Source of the DNA: Pseudomonadota bacterium
Lineage (GTDB): Bacteria > Pseudomonadota > Gammaproteobacteria > Steroidobacterales > Woeseiaceae
Length of the DNA stretch: 64,000 nt
Direction of reading: 5' to 3'
NCBI GenBank assembly: GCA_039814545.1
Contig: JBCCBB010000004.1
Coordinates: forward strand, 994 to 64,993
This document shows positions 1-9,582 of this stretch, in pieces. The notes below the pieces were generated by a model. The model was not told the DNA's origin. It was given only the letters and a program-made list of their open reading frames with translations, and searched no databases. The translations under genes were made by a program, and so were the position numbers. The stretch's first letter is position 1. Each line of letters starts with the position of its first letter.

Positions 1-1506
1 CTGCCCGGAATGAAAGTGGCGCTCGTTGCCCATTCGCCCCGCTTTGGGGGCCGTGTGGCATCGTTCGATGCGTCAGCAGCGCAGGCTGTCGAAGGTGTGA
101 GCGAAGTCGTTGAGGTACCGACAGGCATCGCCGTCGTGGCCGACAGCTTCTGGTCGGCGCGCAAGGGTCGCGATGCGCTCAAGATTGAGTGGGACGACAA
201 CGACGCGGAGCTGCGTGGCAGCGACGAGATCATGGCCGATTACCGTGAGATGGCCGCGACGCCCGGCGTGACGGCCAGTGATGGCGGTGACGTTGATGCG
301 ACGCTCGACCGCGCGAGCCAGGTGGTGGAGCTGACGCTCGAGACCCCGTTTCTCGCGCATGCCACGATGGAGCCGATGGACTGCGCGGTCCGGCTCGATG
401 AATCCGGCTGCGAGATCTGGACAGGTTCGCAGTTGCAGACCGTCGACCAGCAGGTCGCGGCCGCCGTAGCGGGTGTCCCCATGGGGCAGGTTCGGGTCAA
501 CACACTGTTCGCGGGTGGCAGCTTCGGCCGCCGCGCTGTGCCCAACAGCGACTACATCGCCGAGGCGGTCGCCATCGCCCGGGCGAGCCAGGGCAACGAT
601 CCCGTGAAGCTCATCTGGACGCGCGAGGACGACTTCAATTCGGGGCACTTCCGGCCCATGAGTCTGCACGTCATGCGCGCGGGCATCGATGCCGCGGGTC
701 AGCCCGTTGGCTGGTCGCACCGCATCGTCACGCAGTCGATCCTTTCGGGCACGCCGTTCGAGGGCATGATCAGCAACGGCGTTGACCCGTCGACGGTCGA
801 AGGTGCGGCCAATTTGCCGTACGCCGTGAAGCAGCTGCAGGTCGATGTGCACACGCCACGCATTGGTGTTCCGGTGCTCTGGTGGCGCTCAGTCGGGCAC
901 ACGCAGAATGGCTGGGTCACCGAGGTCATGATCGATCAGCTCGCGCATGCGGCCAAGGCAGACCCTGTCGAGTACCGGCTCGGTTTGCTCGAGGCGCACC
1001 CGCGCCACAGGGCGGTTCTTGAGCGGGCGGCGAGCGCTGCGAATTGGTCCGGGCCCGCGCCCGAAGGCCGGTTCCGCGGCGTGGCGGTGCACGAGTCATT
1101 CTCTAGCTTTGTCGCACAAGTCGCTGAAATTAGTGTTGATTCTGGTGGCCGCTTGAAGATCCATCGTGTCGTCTGCGCTGTGGACTGCGGGTTCGCGATT
1201 AATCCCGACGTGGTGCGCGCCCAGATGGAAGGTGGCATCGGCATGGGACTGGGCGCGTTCTTGCGCGAGGCCGTGATGTTCAACGAGGGCCAGGTGCTTT
1301 CGAATAACTACCACCTCTACCGACCGTTGCGCATTAATGAGATGCCCGAGGTTGACGTGCACATCGTCAACTCCGGTGAAGCGCCGACGGGTGTCGGTGA
1401 GCCGGGGCTGCCGCCTATCGCGCCTGCGGTCACGAACGCGATCTTTGCGGCGACGGGGCAGCTCATCACGACGCTGCCACTCGGCGATCAGCTACGCGCC
1501 GGTTAG
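1..1506 (+). CDS. Aldehyde oxidase/xanthine dehydrogenase-family molybdopterin-binding subunit (IorB-like), 5'-truncated by the window edge
   Basis: The frame is open from nt 1, with no stop before the Met at 10. Motifs seen: [59 protein letters not shown]. Confidence 0.85.
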   Translation: MPGMKVALVAHSPRFGGRVASFDASAAQAVEGVSEVVEVPTGIAVVADSFWSARKGRDALKIEWDDNDAELRGSDEIMADYREMAATPGVTASDGGDVDATLDRASQVVELTLETPFLAHATMEPMDCAVRLDESGCEIWTGSQLQTVDQQVAAAVAGVPMGQVRVNTLFAGGSFGRRAVPNSDYIAEAVAIARASQGNDPVKLIWTREDDFNSGHFRPMSLHVMRAGIDAAGQPVGWSHRIVTQSILSGTPFEGMISNGVDPSTVEGAANLPYAVKQLQVDVHTPRIGVPVLWWRSVGHTQNGWVTEVMIDQLAHAAKADPVEYRLGLLEAHPRHRAVLERAASAANWSGPAPEGRFRGVAVHESFSSFVAQVAEISVDSGGRLKIHRVVCAVDCGFAINPDVVRAQMEGGIGMGLGAFLREAVMFNEGQVLSNNYHLYRPLRINEMPEVDVHIVNSGEAPTGVGEPGLPPIAPAVTNAIFAATGQLITTLPLGDQLRAG

Positions 1507-1511
1507 GGCGC

Positions 1512-3065
1512 TCAAGCGCGGGGCGCGACCATGACTTCGATGAGTTGTGGTCCGCGCACCGCGAGCGCGTCTTTGAGCGCCCTGCGGTATTCGGCGGTCG
1601 TGGCGACACGCGTCGCCGTGACGCCCAGCGAGGTCGAGAGCGCGGTCCAGTCGATCGCAGGCTGGGTCAGGTCGAGTAATGACCGTGCGGTGTCGCCCAC
1701 ATCAGCGAGCCCCACGCGCGCCAGCTCGATGTTCAGAATCGCGTAGCTACCGTTATTGAAGATGACCGTGGTGACGTCGAGCTGCTCGCGCGCCATCGTC
1801 CAGAGCGCCTGCAGGGTGTAAAGCCCACTGCCATCCGCCTGTAAAGCAATGACCGGTCGGTCGGGACAGGCGACGGCCGCACCGACGGCGACGGGCAATC
1901 CCTGGCCAATGGCGCCGCCCGTGAGCGTGAGCCAGTCGTGCGGCGCGGCCGCCGTGGTCGCGAGAAACGACGGCAGTCCTGTGGTCGCGGCCTCATCAGA
2001 GACGATCGCTCCTTCAGGGAGGCACTCCGCGAGCACCCCTGCAACAGAGGCCGGCGTCAGCGGGCCGTCGGGCGTGACCGCCGTGTTCTCCCGCGCGGTG
2101 GACACCGCGGCAGGCGCATCAAGTGCCTCCGCGAGCCGTATCAGCGCGTCGGCGACGTCGTCGCGCGCCTCGCAGAGTGTGACCACTTCAGCGTTGCCGG
2201 GTAGCAGTCGCGACGGCTGGCCTTCGTAGGCGAAGAACGACACCGGCGCTGGCGCACCGGCGAGCACGACGGCGTCGGTGCCGGTCAGCGATGCGATCGC
2301 CGCGTCGCCGAAGTAGGGCAGGCGCTCTACAGCGACGCGCCCCGCGCCGCGTTCGACGCGTGCCGGAAAGGTCTCGCAGATGAGCCGGGCGCCCGTCGCG
2401 CCTTGAATGCGTCCCGCAGCGTTGAGCGCATCACCCTGCAGCGACTGTCCGCCCAGAAACAGGCAAGGCGTGGCACTGGCCATGAGCGCTTCGGCTGCTG
2501 TTGCAATGACCTCATGGTCGACCAACAAGGCTTGTGGCGGTGCCACCGGCTTAGGCGTCACAGAGCTTGCGCCCCAGCAGTGATCGGCAGCGGCGATGAC
2601 ACTTGCGACTGCGCCAGGGTGCCGCTGCGCGGCCGCGATGGCCTCGGCACCCGCCTGCGCCAGGTCATCGGGTGAGGTTGAGCGCCGGACCCAGTCCGAC
2701 ATCGGCTGCGCAAGCCCTTCGATGTCTGATGTCAGTGGTGCGTCAAGCGCAACATGGTCGACGGCATGATCGCCGATGAGATTGATGACCGGGCTTCTCG
2801 CGCGCCGCGCGTTGTGCAGGTTGGCCAGTCCGTTGGCAAGTCCGGGCCCGAGATGGAGCAGTGTGATCGCCGGAACACGCGCCATACGGCCGTACCCATC
2901 GGCCGCGCCTGTGACGACACCTTCGAAGAGCCCGAGAATCGACCGGATGCCCGGCTCGCGATCGAGTGCCGCGACCAGGTGCAGTTCGGAGGTCCCCGGG
3001 TTGGCAAAGCAGGCACGCACGCCCTGCTTAGCGAGCGTCGCAATCAGTGCATCGGCGCCATTCAT
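1512..3065 (-). CDS. Thiamine-diphosphate-binding enzyme, acetolactate synthase large-subunit-like
   Basis: 517-aa ORF. N-terminus is MNGADALIATLAKQGV..ANPGTSELHL. The C-terminal ThDP motif region reads GGAIGQGLPVAVGAA..LQADGSGLYTLQALWT..NNGSYAIL. Confidence 0.85.
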   Translation of the reverse strand: MNGADALIATLAKQGVRACFANPGTSELHLVAALDREPGIRSILGLFEGVVTGAADGYGRMARVPAITLLHLGPGLANGLANLHNARRARSPVINLIGDHAVDHVALDAPLTSDIEGLAQPMSDWVRRSTSPDDLAQAGAEAIAAAQRHPGAVASVIAAADHCWGASSVTPKPVAPPQALLVDHEVIATAAEALMASATPCLFLGGQSLQGDALNAAGRIQGATGARLICETFPARVERGAGRVAVERLPYFGDAAIASLTGTDAVVLAGAPAPVSFFAYEGQPSRLLPGNAEVVTLCEARDDVADALIRLAEALDAPAAVSTARENTAVTPDGPLTPASVAGVLAECLPEGAIVSDEAATTGLPSFLATTAAAPHDWLTLTGGAIGQGLPVAVGAAVACPDRPVIALQADGSGLYTLQALWTMAREQLDVTTVIFNNGSYAILNIELARVGLADVGDTARSLLDLTQPAIDWTALSTSLGVTATRVATTAEYRRALKDALAVRGPQLIEVMVAPRA

Positions 3066-3120
3066 CGCCCGGAGTCTACCGCACCCCGCGGCAACGACGA
3101 GCAGCTACGTTGCGTCGTGC

Positions 3121-4251
3121 TCAGCGCGTGGAAGCGGTCGCGTTGTCCGTATCTGTCGTCGACGTGTATTGCACGTACGTTTCGAGCAACGTTTCAATGG
3201 CCGCGCGGCGTTCTTCCGCGGACATGCTGTCGGCGGATTCCGCGTGCTTGAACGTGGCCGTGATGATCTGCATGCCATCAACGGCGGTGTCGATGACCAC
3301 GGTATTGCCCGGGGCCAGTCGGCGCGTCCAGGCGGCGCGAACATCGGCCCAGTAGGCTGCCGTCTTGTCCCAGTAGTCGACACCGGGCCCAAAGTTATAT
3401 CCCTCGATGGCACGGTAGTCGTTGAAACCGAACTCCCGGACGAGCGTTTGCGTCGCCTTGCGTCCATCTCTGGCTGTTTTCGTGTTGTCCTGCTCGTGCG
3501 TCCAGCCGTGCGGCGTCACGGTATGACGGTTCAACGCATCGATCGCGTTGTAGTCATCACGGGTTGTGTACTCGCGTCGCGGTAAGGGTCGCCAGGTGCG
3601 ATCGCTGGTCCAGGTGGAAGCAGCGTCATCGTGTTGCCACTTGCCGGTCCCGCAATAGCGCGGTGCATCCGACACCTCAAACACGCACTGCGTCCAGGCG
3701 CCTGCGGTGTGCTCTGGTGCCAGGTCGCGTACGTCCCAAGTCTGGTCTTCGACAAACTCGAAGCGCGTCGACGCTTCGTAGGTCCAGTCCTGGCGCCAGT
3801 GCTTGATCACGTAGCCACTCTCCATCACCAGCAAGTGCTGCAGGACAATATGGTCGGGTGTATCGGTGACTACCTGAACCAATTCGAAGGCGCCCGTGGT
3901 CTTGTCGTCGCGTCGCCTATAGCCGGCGCCCAGGCGTACGGTCTCCATAAAATGAAAATCGACACGGTGTTCACCGCGCATGGCGAGGATCGCAAGTCGG
4001 TCACGCTGCTCGGCAGTGTCGCCTTCGCGGATCGCCGCGAAGCCTGGGTTGGGTACTTCGCGGTACTCAGGCATCGGCTTGGCTGCGGGCTCGGACTCGG
4101 CGGCCCCCGCTGATTCGACGGGCGCCGATTCTGCCCCAGGCGTTGCCGCGCAACCCGCAAAGAGGATCGTCACTACGGCGATCGCCGCGGGTTTGAAGGC
4201 TACCGGGTGTCGTCCGTGCGGATTGGTCATACAGCTGCTCGTGTGGTTCAT
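3121..4251 (-). CDS. Putative lipoprotein of unknown function (Trp/His/Tyr-rich)
   Basis: 376-codon ORF with a lipobox-like signal (AVVTILFAG-C-AATPG). An alternative start is ATG 4230. I recognise no family. It lies directly downstream of the Fur-box/hemP unit on the same strand. Confidence 0.6.
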   Translation of the reverse strand: MNHTSSCMTNPHGRHPVAFKPAAIAVVTILFAGCAATPGAESAPVESAGAAESEPAAKPMPEYREVPNPGFAAIREGDTAEQRDRLAILAMRGEHRVDFHFMETVRLGAGYRRRDDKTTGAFELVQVVTDTPDHIVLQHLLVMESGYVIKHWRQDWTYEASTRFEFVEDQTWDVRDLAPEHTAGAWTQCVFEVSDAPRYCGTGKWQHDDAASTWTSDRTWRPLPRREYTTRDDYNAIDALNRHTVTPHGWTHEQDNTKTARDGRKATQTLVREFGFNDYRAIEGYNFGPGVDYWDKTAAYWADVRAAWTRRLAPGNTVVIDTAVDGMQIITATFKHAESADSMSAEERRAAIETLLETYVQYTSTTDTDNATASTR

Positions 4252-4402
4252 CGTTGGCGCTATCCAGCTTATTGCGGTTTCTTGGTCAGAGTCCCACTTT
4301 GGGGACTTGTCTGTTCTTTCTTGGGGTGCGCCGGGCAGGATATCGATCCTGAAGGCGAATCCGCTGGCTTGCTGGTTGGGGGTGAACGCGCTGGCTCGCG
4401 GA

Positions 4403-4567
4403 TTACTTAGTCAGGATGAGCTTGCCATTGCGCGTCTTTCGCAGGCGGTATTCCTGCCCTTTGAAGTGAATCCGAACCTCCTGCTCTTCGCCAAACAACT
4501 GCTCGGCGAGAATGACTCTCGGCTGATTGCTGGCGGTCGGTTCGATCGCATCTAGCTTACTCCCCAT
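4403..4567 (-). CDS. hemP: Hemin uptake protein HemP/HmuP family (54 aa; below the ORF-track cutoff)
   Basis: Hand translation: MGSKLDAIEPTASNQPRVILAEQLFGEEQEVRIHFKGQEYRLRKTRNGKLILTK. The C-terminal pattern L-F-G-x-x-x-E-V-x-I-x-H-x-G-x-x-Y-R-L-R-x-T-x-x-G-K-L-I-L-T-K is the HemP signature as I recall it. A Fur box lies immediately upstream. Confidence 0.75.
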   Translation of the reverse strand: MGSKLDAIEPTASNQPRVILAEQLFGEEQEVRIHFKGQEYRLRKTRNGKLILTK

Positions 4568-4574
4568 GCAACTA

Positions 4575-4593
4575 AATGATAATGATTCTCATT
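4575..4593. promoter_or_regulatory. Fur box overlapping the hemP promoter
   Basis: AATGATAATGATTCTCATT compares well with the consensus GATAATGATAATCATTATC. On the minus strand a perfect -35 TTGACA (4598-4603) is followed 16 nt later by TATCAT. The Fur box covers the spacer and the -10. Confidence 0.65.
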
Positions 4594-4700
4594 TGAGTGT
4601 CAACCGGTGTTGACAGCGCTTGCGCGGATACGCGGGCGTAGGGACATTCAGTGATGCCTGGTGCTAGGAGCTCAAACGACCGGTTCGATACACTCACGCC

Positions 4701-5672
4701 ATGAACACCGTGCCTCTTGCCGTAGCGCCGATGATGGACTGGACGGATCGGCACTGCCGGTACTTTCACCGTCTTCTGGCGCCCTCAGCCGTGCTCTACA
4801 CGGAAATGGTGACCGCCGCCGCGCTCGTGCATGGCGACGCAGACCGGCTGCTCGCGTTCAACGCCGAGGAGCACCCGGTCGTGTCACAGGTGGGCGGCAG
4901 CGAGCCCGAGCTTATGCGCGAGGCTGCGATCATGGCCGAGCAGGCAGGCTACGATGCCGTGAACATCAACGTCGGTTGCCCCAGCGATCGCGTGCAGAAG
5001 GGTGCGTTTGGCGCTTGTCTCATGGCAGAGCCCGACACCGTGTCTCGGTGTTGGCTGGCCATGTCCGAGGCCGTCTCGATTCCCGTCACCGTGAAGTCGC
5101 GCATCGGCATTGATGATCGCGACGACGCCGCGTTTCTCGACGCGTTTGTGGACGCCGTGGCGGGCGCGGGCTGCACGCATTTCGACATTCATGCGCGCAT
5201 CGCTGTCCTTGCGGGTCTGAGCCCCAAGCAGAATCGCGAAGTGCCACCGCTCATTTACGACGCTGTGTACCGTCAGAAGCAGCGTCGACCCGATCTCACC
5301 GTCTTCATTAACGGCGGTATCGTTGATGCCGTTGCCGCAGCGACCCATCTTGAGCACGTTGATGGGGTCATGATCGGTCGCGCCGCCTACCAGGATCCCT
5401 GGTCGCTGACGGCGTTCGAGCAACTCGTCAATCCTGACTGCGCGCCACCGACGCGCGCTGCCGTGGTCCACGAGATGGCGGCGTACGTCGAGCGGGCGCT
5501 CGGGCAGGGTGCGTCGCTCAAGCACGTCACGCGGCACATGTTGGGCTTGTTCAACGGCTTGCCCGGCGCACGTGCCTGGCGACGCACGCTCAGCGAGCGC
5601 GCCCATCTTGACCGTGTCGGCCCGGAGCTGTTGATCGCAGCACTCGAGCCGCTCGAATCCGTGGCCGCCTGA
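4701..5672 (+). CDS. dusA: tRNA dihydrouridine(20/20a) synthase DusA
   Basis: The N-terminus APMMDWTDRHCRYFHRLL and NINVGCPSDRVQKG are typical of DusA. Length is 323 aa. Confidence 0.9.
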   Translation: MNTVPLAVAPMMDWTDRHCRYFHRLLAPSAVLYTEMVTAAALVHGDADRLLAFNAEEHPVVSQVGGSEPELMREAAIMAEQAGYDAVNINVGCPSDRVQKGAFGACLMAEPDTVSRCWLAMSEAVSIPVTVKSRIGIDDRDDAAFLDAFVDAVAGAGCTHFDIHARIAVLAGLSPKQNREVPPLIYDAVYRQKQRRPDLTVFINGGIVDAVAAATHLEHVDGVMIGRAAYQDPWSLTAFEQLVNPDCAPPTRAAVVHEMAAYVERALGQGASLKHVTRHMLGLFNGLPGARAWRRTLSERAHLDRVGPELLIAALEPLESVAA

Positions 5673-5774
5673 AGGCACTTGCTGGTCTCGTCCGGGGCCA
5701 CTCGATACAATCGCGCCCACGAAAGCCCCGGCCATGTGCCGTGTGGCTTCTTTTTGATTGCCGCAGGGGACGTC

Positions 5775-6596
5775 ATGGGCCGCGCCAAAAGAAAGGGCCA
5801 GGAACCAACGATGGCCGAGTCAGCCGACCGCCATGATTTGTATGAGGAATCGGTTCAGGACGTCGAAGTCGAGATTGACTTCCTCGATGCCACCTACGAG
5901 AAGCTGCGCGGTCGCAAAGCCAAGCGCTTTCGCGAGGATTTCTGTGGCACGGCAAGCGCCGCCTGCGAGTGGGTGCGACGCCGTCCCAGCAACGAAGCGA
6001 TTGGCGTGGATCTCGATCGCCCGACTCTCGACTGGGGCATCGACCACCGCGTGTCACGGCTGACCGCTGATGCGCAATTGCGCGTCAAACTCCTTCAGGA
6101 AGACGTCTGCACCGTCACGGCGTCGCCGGCGGATATCATCGGCGCCTTCAATTTCAGCTACAACATCTTCAAGACGCGCGACGCCCTGCGCGGCTACTTC
6201 GAAAATGCGCGGCGCGGTCTCGCTGACGACGGCGTGTTCTTCCTCGACGCGTTCGGCGGCTCCGAAGCCATCAGTGAAATGAAGGAGAAGACGAAGCTCG
6301 ACGGCTTTACCTACGTCTGGCACCAAGCCCGCTATCGACCCGTAACTGGCGAGATTCGTTGCCATATTCACTTTCACTTCCCCGATGGCTCGAAGTTAAA
6401 GAAGGCCTTCACCTACGACTGGCGATTGTGGACGCTGCCTGAGATTCGTGAGCTCTTGCTCGAGGCTGGCTTTCGCACCGTCACCGTCTATTGGGAGGGT
6501 GTTGACGAGGATGGTGAGGGGAACGGCGTCTACGAACCCGACCCGCACGGTGAGGCAGATCCGGCCTGGATTGCCTACATTGTGGCGGAGCGCTGA
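5775..6596 (+). CDS. Class I SAM-dependent methyltransferase
   Basis: The ORF opens at 5679, but the likely start is ATG 5775 (MGRAKRKG..). Motif-I-like FREDFCGTAS, with IIGAFNFSYNIF and GVFFLDAFGG further on. Confidence 0.65.
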   Translation: MGRAKRKGQEPTMAESADRHDLYEESVQDVEVEIDFLDATYEKLRGRKAKRFREDFCGTASAACEWVRRRPSNEAIGVDLDRPTLDWGIDHRVSRLTADAQLRVKLLQEDVCTVTASPADIIGAFNFSYNIFKTRDALRGYFENARRGLADDGVFFLDAFGGSEAISEMKEKTKLDGFTYVWHQARYRPVTGEIRCHIHFHFPDGSKLKKAFTYDWRLWTLPEIRELLLEAGFRTVTVYWEGVDEDGEGNGVYEPDPHGEADPAWIAYIVAER

Positions 6597-6710
6597 GCAT
6601 CGACGCGCATTGCCTCGACATTTCAATGCGTTGCGCGCTTATAATCGACGCCGTGAAGGTGCAGTGGTCACGGGGCCCGCGCCTGGTCTAGGGAGTAGGG
6701 GGCCGTCGCA

Positions 6711-7619
6711 GTGAGCGAGGAACTGGAAGTCGCCATTGTGTTTGCCGATGTTGTCGGCAGCACGCAACTGTACGAATCGCTGGGCGACGATCAGGCCCGC
6801 GCTGTCGTGCGCCAATGCCTGGACATCATGATCAGTGCCACCGATTCAGGTGGCGGTGAGGTCATTAAGACCATGGGGGATGAGGTCATGTCGATCTTCC
6901 CCGACTCGGACGCCGCCATTGGCGCGGCCGTCGAGATGCAGCAGCGCATCTCGGGCAGCAAGAATCTCGTACCCGACGGTCAAAGCATTTCGATTCGCAT
7001 CGGCTGCCACTACGGTGTCGTCGCGCGCGAACCCAACGATATATTCGGCGCGGCCGTGCACACGGCTAATCGCATGACATCGCAGGCCAAGGCCAGGCAG
7101 ATTGTCACGACAGGCGCCATGGTCGAGCGACTCGGGGATGCCTGGCGGAAGACCACACGCCAGATCGATCTGGCGGTCGTTAAAGGCAAGAAGGACGAGG
7201 TCGCGCTGTTCGAAGTGCTCTGGCAGCCCAACGAGGAAGCCACGAGTGTCGTTCAGACCATCGGATTTTCGTCAGCCGAGGAAACACAGCGCCTTACGTT
7301 GTCGTTCGCAGGCCGCAACATGGCTGTCGAGCCAGAGCGCCAGCAGATCACCATGGGGCGCGCCGAGGACAATGACCTCGTCATCAAGGGTAATCTGATC
7401 TCGCGCGTGCACGCGCGCATCGAGAAGCGCCGCAACAAGTACTTCCTCGTCGACGAGAGCACCAACGGCTCATTCGTCGTGACCATCGACGGCCAGGAGT
7501 CGTTCGTTCGTCGTGACAGCATGCAGCTGCAGGGCGAGGGCGTCATCGGCTTGGGCAAGGTCGCCAAGCCGGGCACCTCGCTGGCCGTGCACTACCTGCT
7601 CGAAGCCTCAGACGGCTGA
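6711..7619 (+). CDS. Class III adenylate/guanylate cyclase domain fused to a C-terminal FHA domain
   Basis: GTG start preceded by GGGAG/GGGGG. Cyclase motifs: IVFADVVGST, IKTMGDEVM, IFGAAVHTANRM. FHA motifs: ITMGRAEDNDLVI..ISRVHARIE..YFLVDESTNGSFV. Confidence 0.8.
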   Translation: MSEELEVAIVFADVVGSTQLYESLGDDQARAVVRQCLDIMISATDSGGGEVIKTMGDEVMSIFPDSDAAIGAAVEMQQRISGSKNLVPDGQSISIRIGCHYGVVAREPNDIFGAAVHTANRMTSQAKARQIVTTGAMVERLGDAWRKTTRQIDLAVVKGKKDEVALFEVLWQPNEEATSVVQTIGFSSAEETQRLTLSFAGRNMAVEPERQQITMGRAEDNDLVIKGNLISRVHARIEKRRNKYFLVDESTNGSFVVTIDGQESFVRRDSMQLQGEGVIGLGKVAKPGTSLAVHYLLEASDG

Positions 7620-7631
7620 CGCCTCGGCGGG

Positions 7632-9386
7632 TCAGCTCACCGCTTTCAACGCATCAAGAATCTTTAGCTGCGCCTCGCGCAGCCGATTGGGCACGCGTGC
7701 GCCGAAGGCATCGAGGTATTCACCGACGGCCGCAATCTCGGCGTCCCATCCGGCCCTATCGACATCCAGGAGTGTCTCGAGCGCACCCGGCGCCATCTCG
7801 AGATCTTGGGCATCGATGTCTGCGGCGTGCGGGAGGTGGCCGATCGCTGTGTCACGCGCCTCGAGCTGACCTTCGCAACGGCCGATGATCCAGCGCAGGA
7901 CGCGCAGGTTCTCGCCAAAGCCAGGCCAGAGGAATCGCCCCTCACTGTCCTGGCGGAACCAGTTGACGTGAAAGACGCGAGGCAACGCATCGGAGCGCTC
8001 GGCGAAGGACAACCAGTGCGCCCAGTAGTCGGCGAAGTTGTAGCCGCAAAAAGGCTTCATCGCCATCGGATCGCGGCGCACCACACCCACGGCGCCCGTG
8101 GCCGCAGCCGTCGTCTCAGACGCCACGCCCGCCGCCACCATGACGCCGTGGTGCCAATCCTTGGCCTCGAAGACGAGTGGCGCGAGCTGCTTGCGCCGCC
8201 CGCCAAATACAATGGCCGAGATGGGCACGCCGTCGGGCGCTTCGGCCAATTCGCTGTACACAGGGTTTGCCGTGGCGCGCACCGTGAAGCGTGCATTGGG
8301 ATGCGCCGCAGGTCCGTCGCCCGAATAAGGGTTGCCGCGCCAGTCAGTCGCCGGCGTGCCTTCGCCCTTGTCTTCCCACCAGGGGCAGTTGTCCTCGGTT
8401 AGGGCGACATTGGTGAAAATGGTGTCGCTGCGAATCGTGTCGAAGGCGTTCTTGTTGGTCTTCTCGTTCGTGCCCGGAACGACACCAAAGTAGCCCGCCT
8501 CGGGATTGATCGCGCGCAATTGGCCGGCATCGTCGAGGTGCAGCCAGGCGATGTCATCACCCAGCGTCCAGATCTTCCAGCCCGGCTGCGACGCCGGCGG
8601 TATCAGCATGGCCAGATTGGTCTTGCCGCAGGCAGACGGAAAGGCGCAGGCCAGGTAATGGGTGTCGCCCGCCGGGCTCTGCACGCCGACGATCAGCATG
8701 TGCTCCGCGAGCCAGCCTTCCTGGCGCGCCTGCCAGCTGGCAATACGCAGCGCGTGGCACTTCTTGCCGAGCAGCGCGTTGCCGCCGTAGCCCGAGCCGT
8801 AGCTCTTGATTTCGAGCGATTCGGGGAAGTGCATGATGAACCGCTGATCGGGGTCCAGCGTGCCGGTTGAGTGCAGACCCTTCACGTAGTCGCCGTCGCG
8901 CTCAATGCGCGCTAACGCGGCATCGCCCATCCGGGTCATGAGTTTCATGTTGACGACCACGTAGGGGCTGTCCGTGATCTCGACGCCGCAGCGGGCGTAG
9001 GGCGAATCGATCGGCCCCATGCAGTAGGGCACGACGTACATCGTTCGCCCTCGCATGGCGCCATCGAACAACGCGTCGATTTTGGCGTGCGCGGCCTCAG
9101 GTGCCATCCAGTTGTTGTTCGGACCGGCATCGTCTTCTTCGCTCGTGCAGACGAAGGTCAGGTGTTCGACGCGAGCCACATCGTCGGGGTCCGAACGGTG
9201 CAGGTAGCAGCCTGGGTATCGGTCCTGGTTCAGCGGTAGCAGGGTGCCGTCGTCGGTCATCTGGGCGACGAGCCGGTCGTATTCGGCGTCGCTGCCATCA
9301 CACCAGACAATGCGGTCAGGCTGGGTGCGCGCGGCAACTGCATCGACCCAGGTATTTAGGTCCTGCAATCGGCTGTGTTGGGGCAT
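7632..9386 (-). CDS. pckG: Phosphoenolpyruvate carboxykinase (GTP)
   Basis: The ORF opens at 9470, but the likely start is ATG 9386 (MPQHSRLQDLNTW). The GTP-PEPCK kinase-1a loop FPSACGKTNLAM is present, and the length (about 584 aa) and overall sequence fit the GTP type. Confidence 0.9.
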   Translation of the reverse strand: MPQHSRLQDLNTWVDAVAARTQPDRIVWCDGSDAEYDRLVAQMTDDGTLLPLNQDRYPGCYLHRSDPDDVARVEHLTFVCTSEEDDAGPNNNWMAPEAAHAKIDALFDGAMRGRTMYVVPYCMGPIDSPYARCGVEITDSPYVVVNMKLMTRMGDAALARIERDGDYVKGLHSTGTLDPDQRFIMHFPESLEIKSYGSGYGGNALLGKKCHALRIASWQARQEGWLAEHMLIVGVQSPAGDTHYLACAFPSACGKTNLAMLIPPASQPGWKIWTLGDDIAWLHLDDAGQLRAINPEAGYFGVVPGTNEKTNKNAFDTIRSDTIFTNVALTEDNCPWWEDKGEGTPATDWRGNPYSGDGPAAHPNARFTVRATANPVYSELAEAPDGVPISAIVFGGRRKQLAPLVFEAKDWHHGVMVAAGVASETTAAATGAVGVVRRDPMAMKPFCGYNFADYWAHWLSFAERSDALPRVFHVNWFRQDSEGRFLWPGFGENLRVLRWIIGRCEGQLEARDTAIGHLPHAADIDAQDLEMAPGALETLLDVDRAGWDAEIAAVGEYLDAFGARVPNRLREAQLKILDALKAVS

Positions 9387-9468
9387 GGTTTCGCGGTCTT
9401 TTGTCGGGGTCGCGATTATAGACCAGCGCCAATGCACGATGGTGATGTCAGCGCTGTCAATCGTAAGC

Positions 9469-9507
9469 AAAAAAAAACGCTGACACCCCGGGGGGGAGGT
9501 GTCAGCG
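9469..9507 (-). terminator. Rho-independent terminator of the phasin-like gene
   Basis: The minus strand reads GCTGACACC-TCCCCCCCGG-GGTGTCAGCG followed by T9. This is a 9-10 bp GC-rich stem plus a U-run, about 75 nt after the stop at 9583. Confidence 0.75.
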
Positions 9508-9527
9508 TCAGGTTGCGCTGGCCGTCA

Positions 9528-9539
9528 GGGGGGGGGGGG
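9528..9539. repeat. Homopolymeric G12 tract (C12 on the phasin mRNA 3'-UTR)
   Basis: Read directly: 12 consecutive G between the phasin stop and its terminator. A G7 run lies at about 9490-9496, inside the terminator loop. Confidence 0.9.
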
Positions 9540-9582
9540 AGAGATGGCCAGTGTTGGGTAACCTCAGGGGGAGAGGTTGAGA

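Noticed and set aside
4600-4700. Possible tRNA gene or dusA-associated integration site (GGTTCGATAC, a T-loop-like string at about 4681)
   Set aside because: The flanking bases do not form a T-stem or acceptor stem. No integrase, att-like repeat or foreign-looking genes lie next to dusA, so the known dusA 5'-end integration hotspot appears to be unoccupied here.
6640-6645. Perfect TATAAT upstream of the cyclase-FHA gene as a promoter -10
   Set aside because: The best -35 candidate (TCGACA) is 19 nt away, and other candidates are worse. This is too weak to list as a feature without transcript data.
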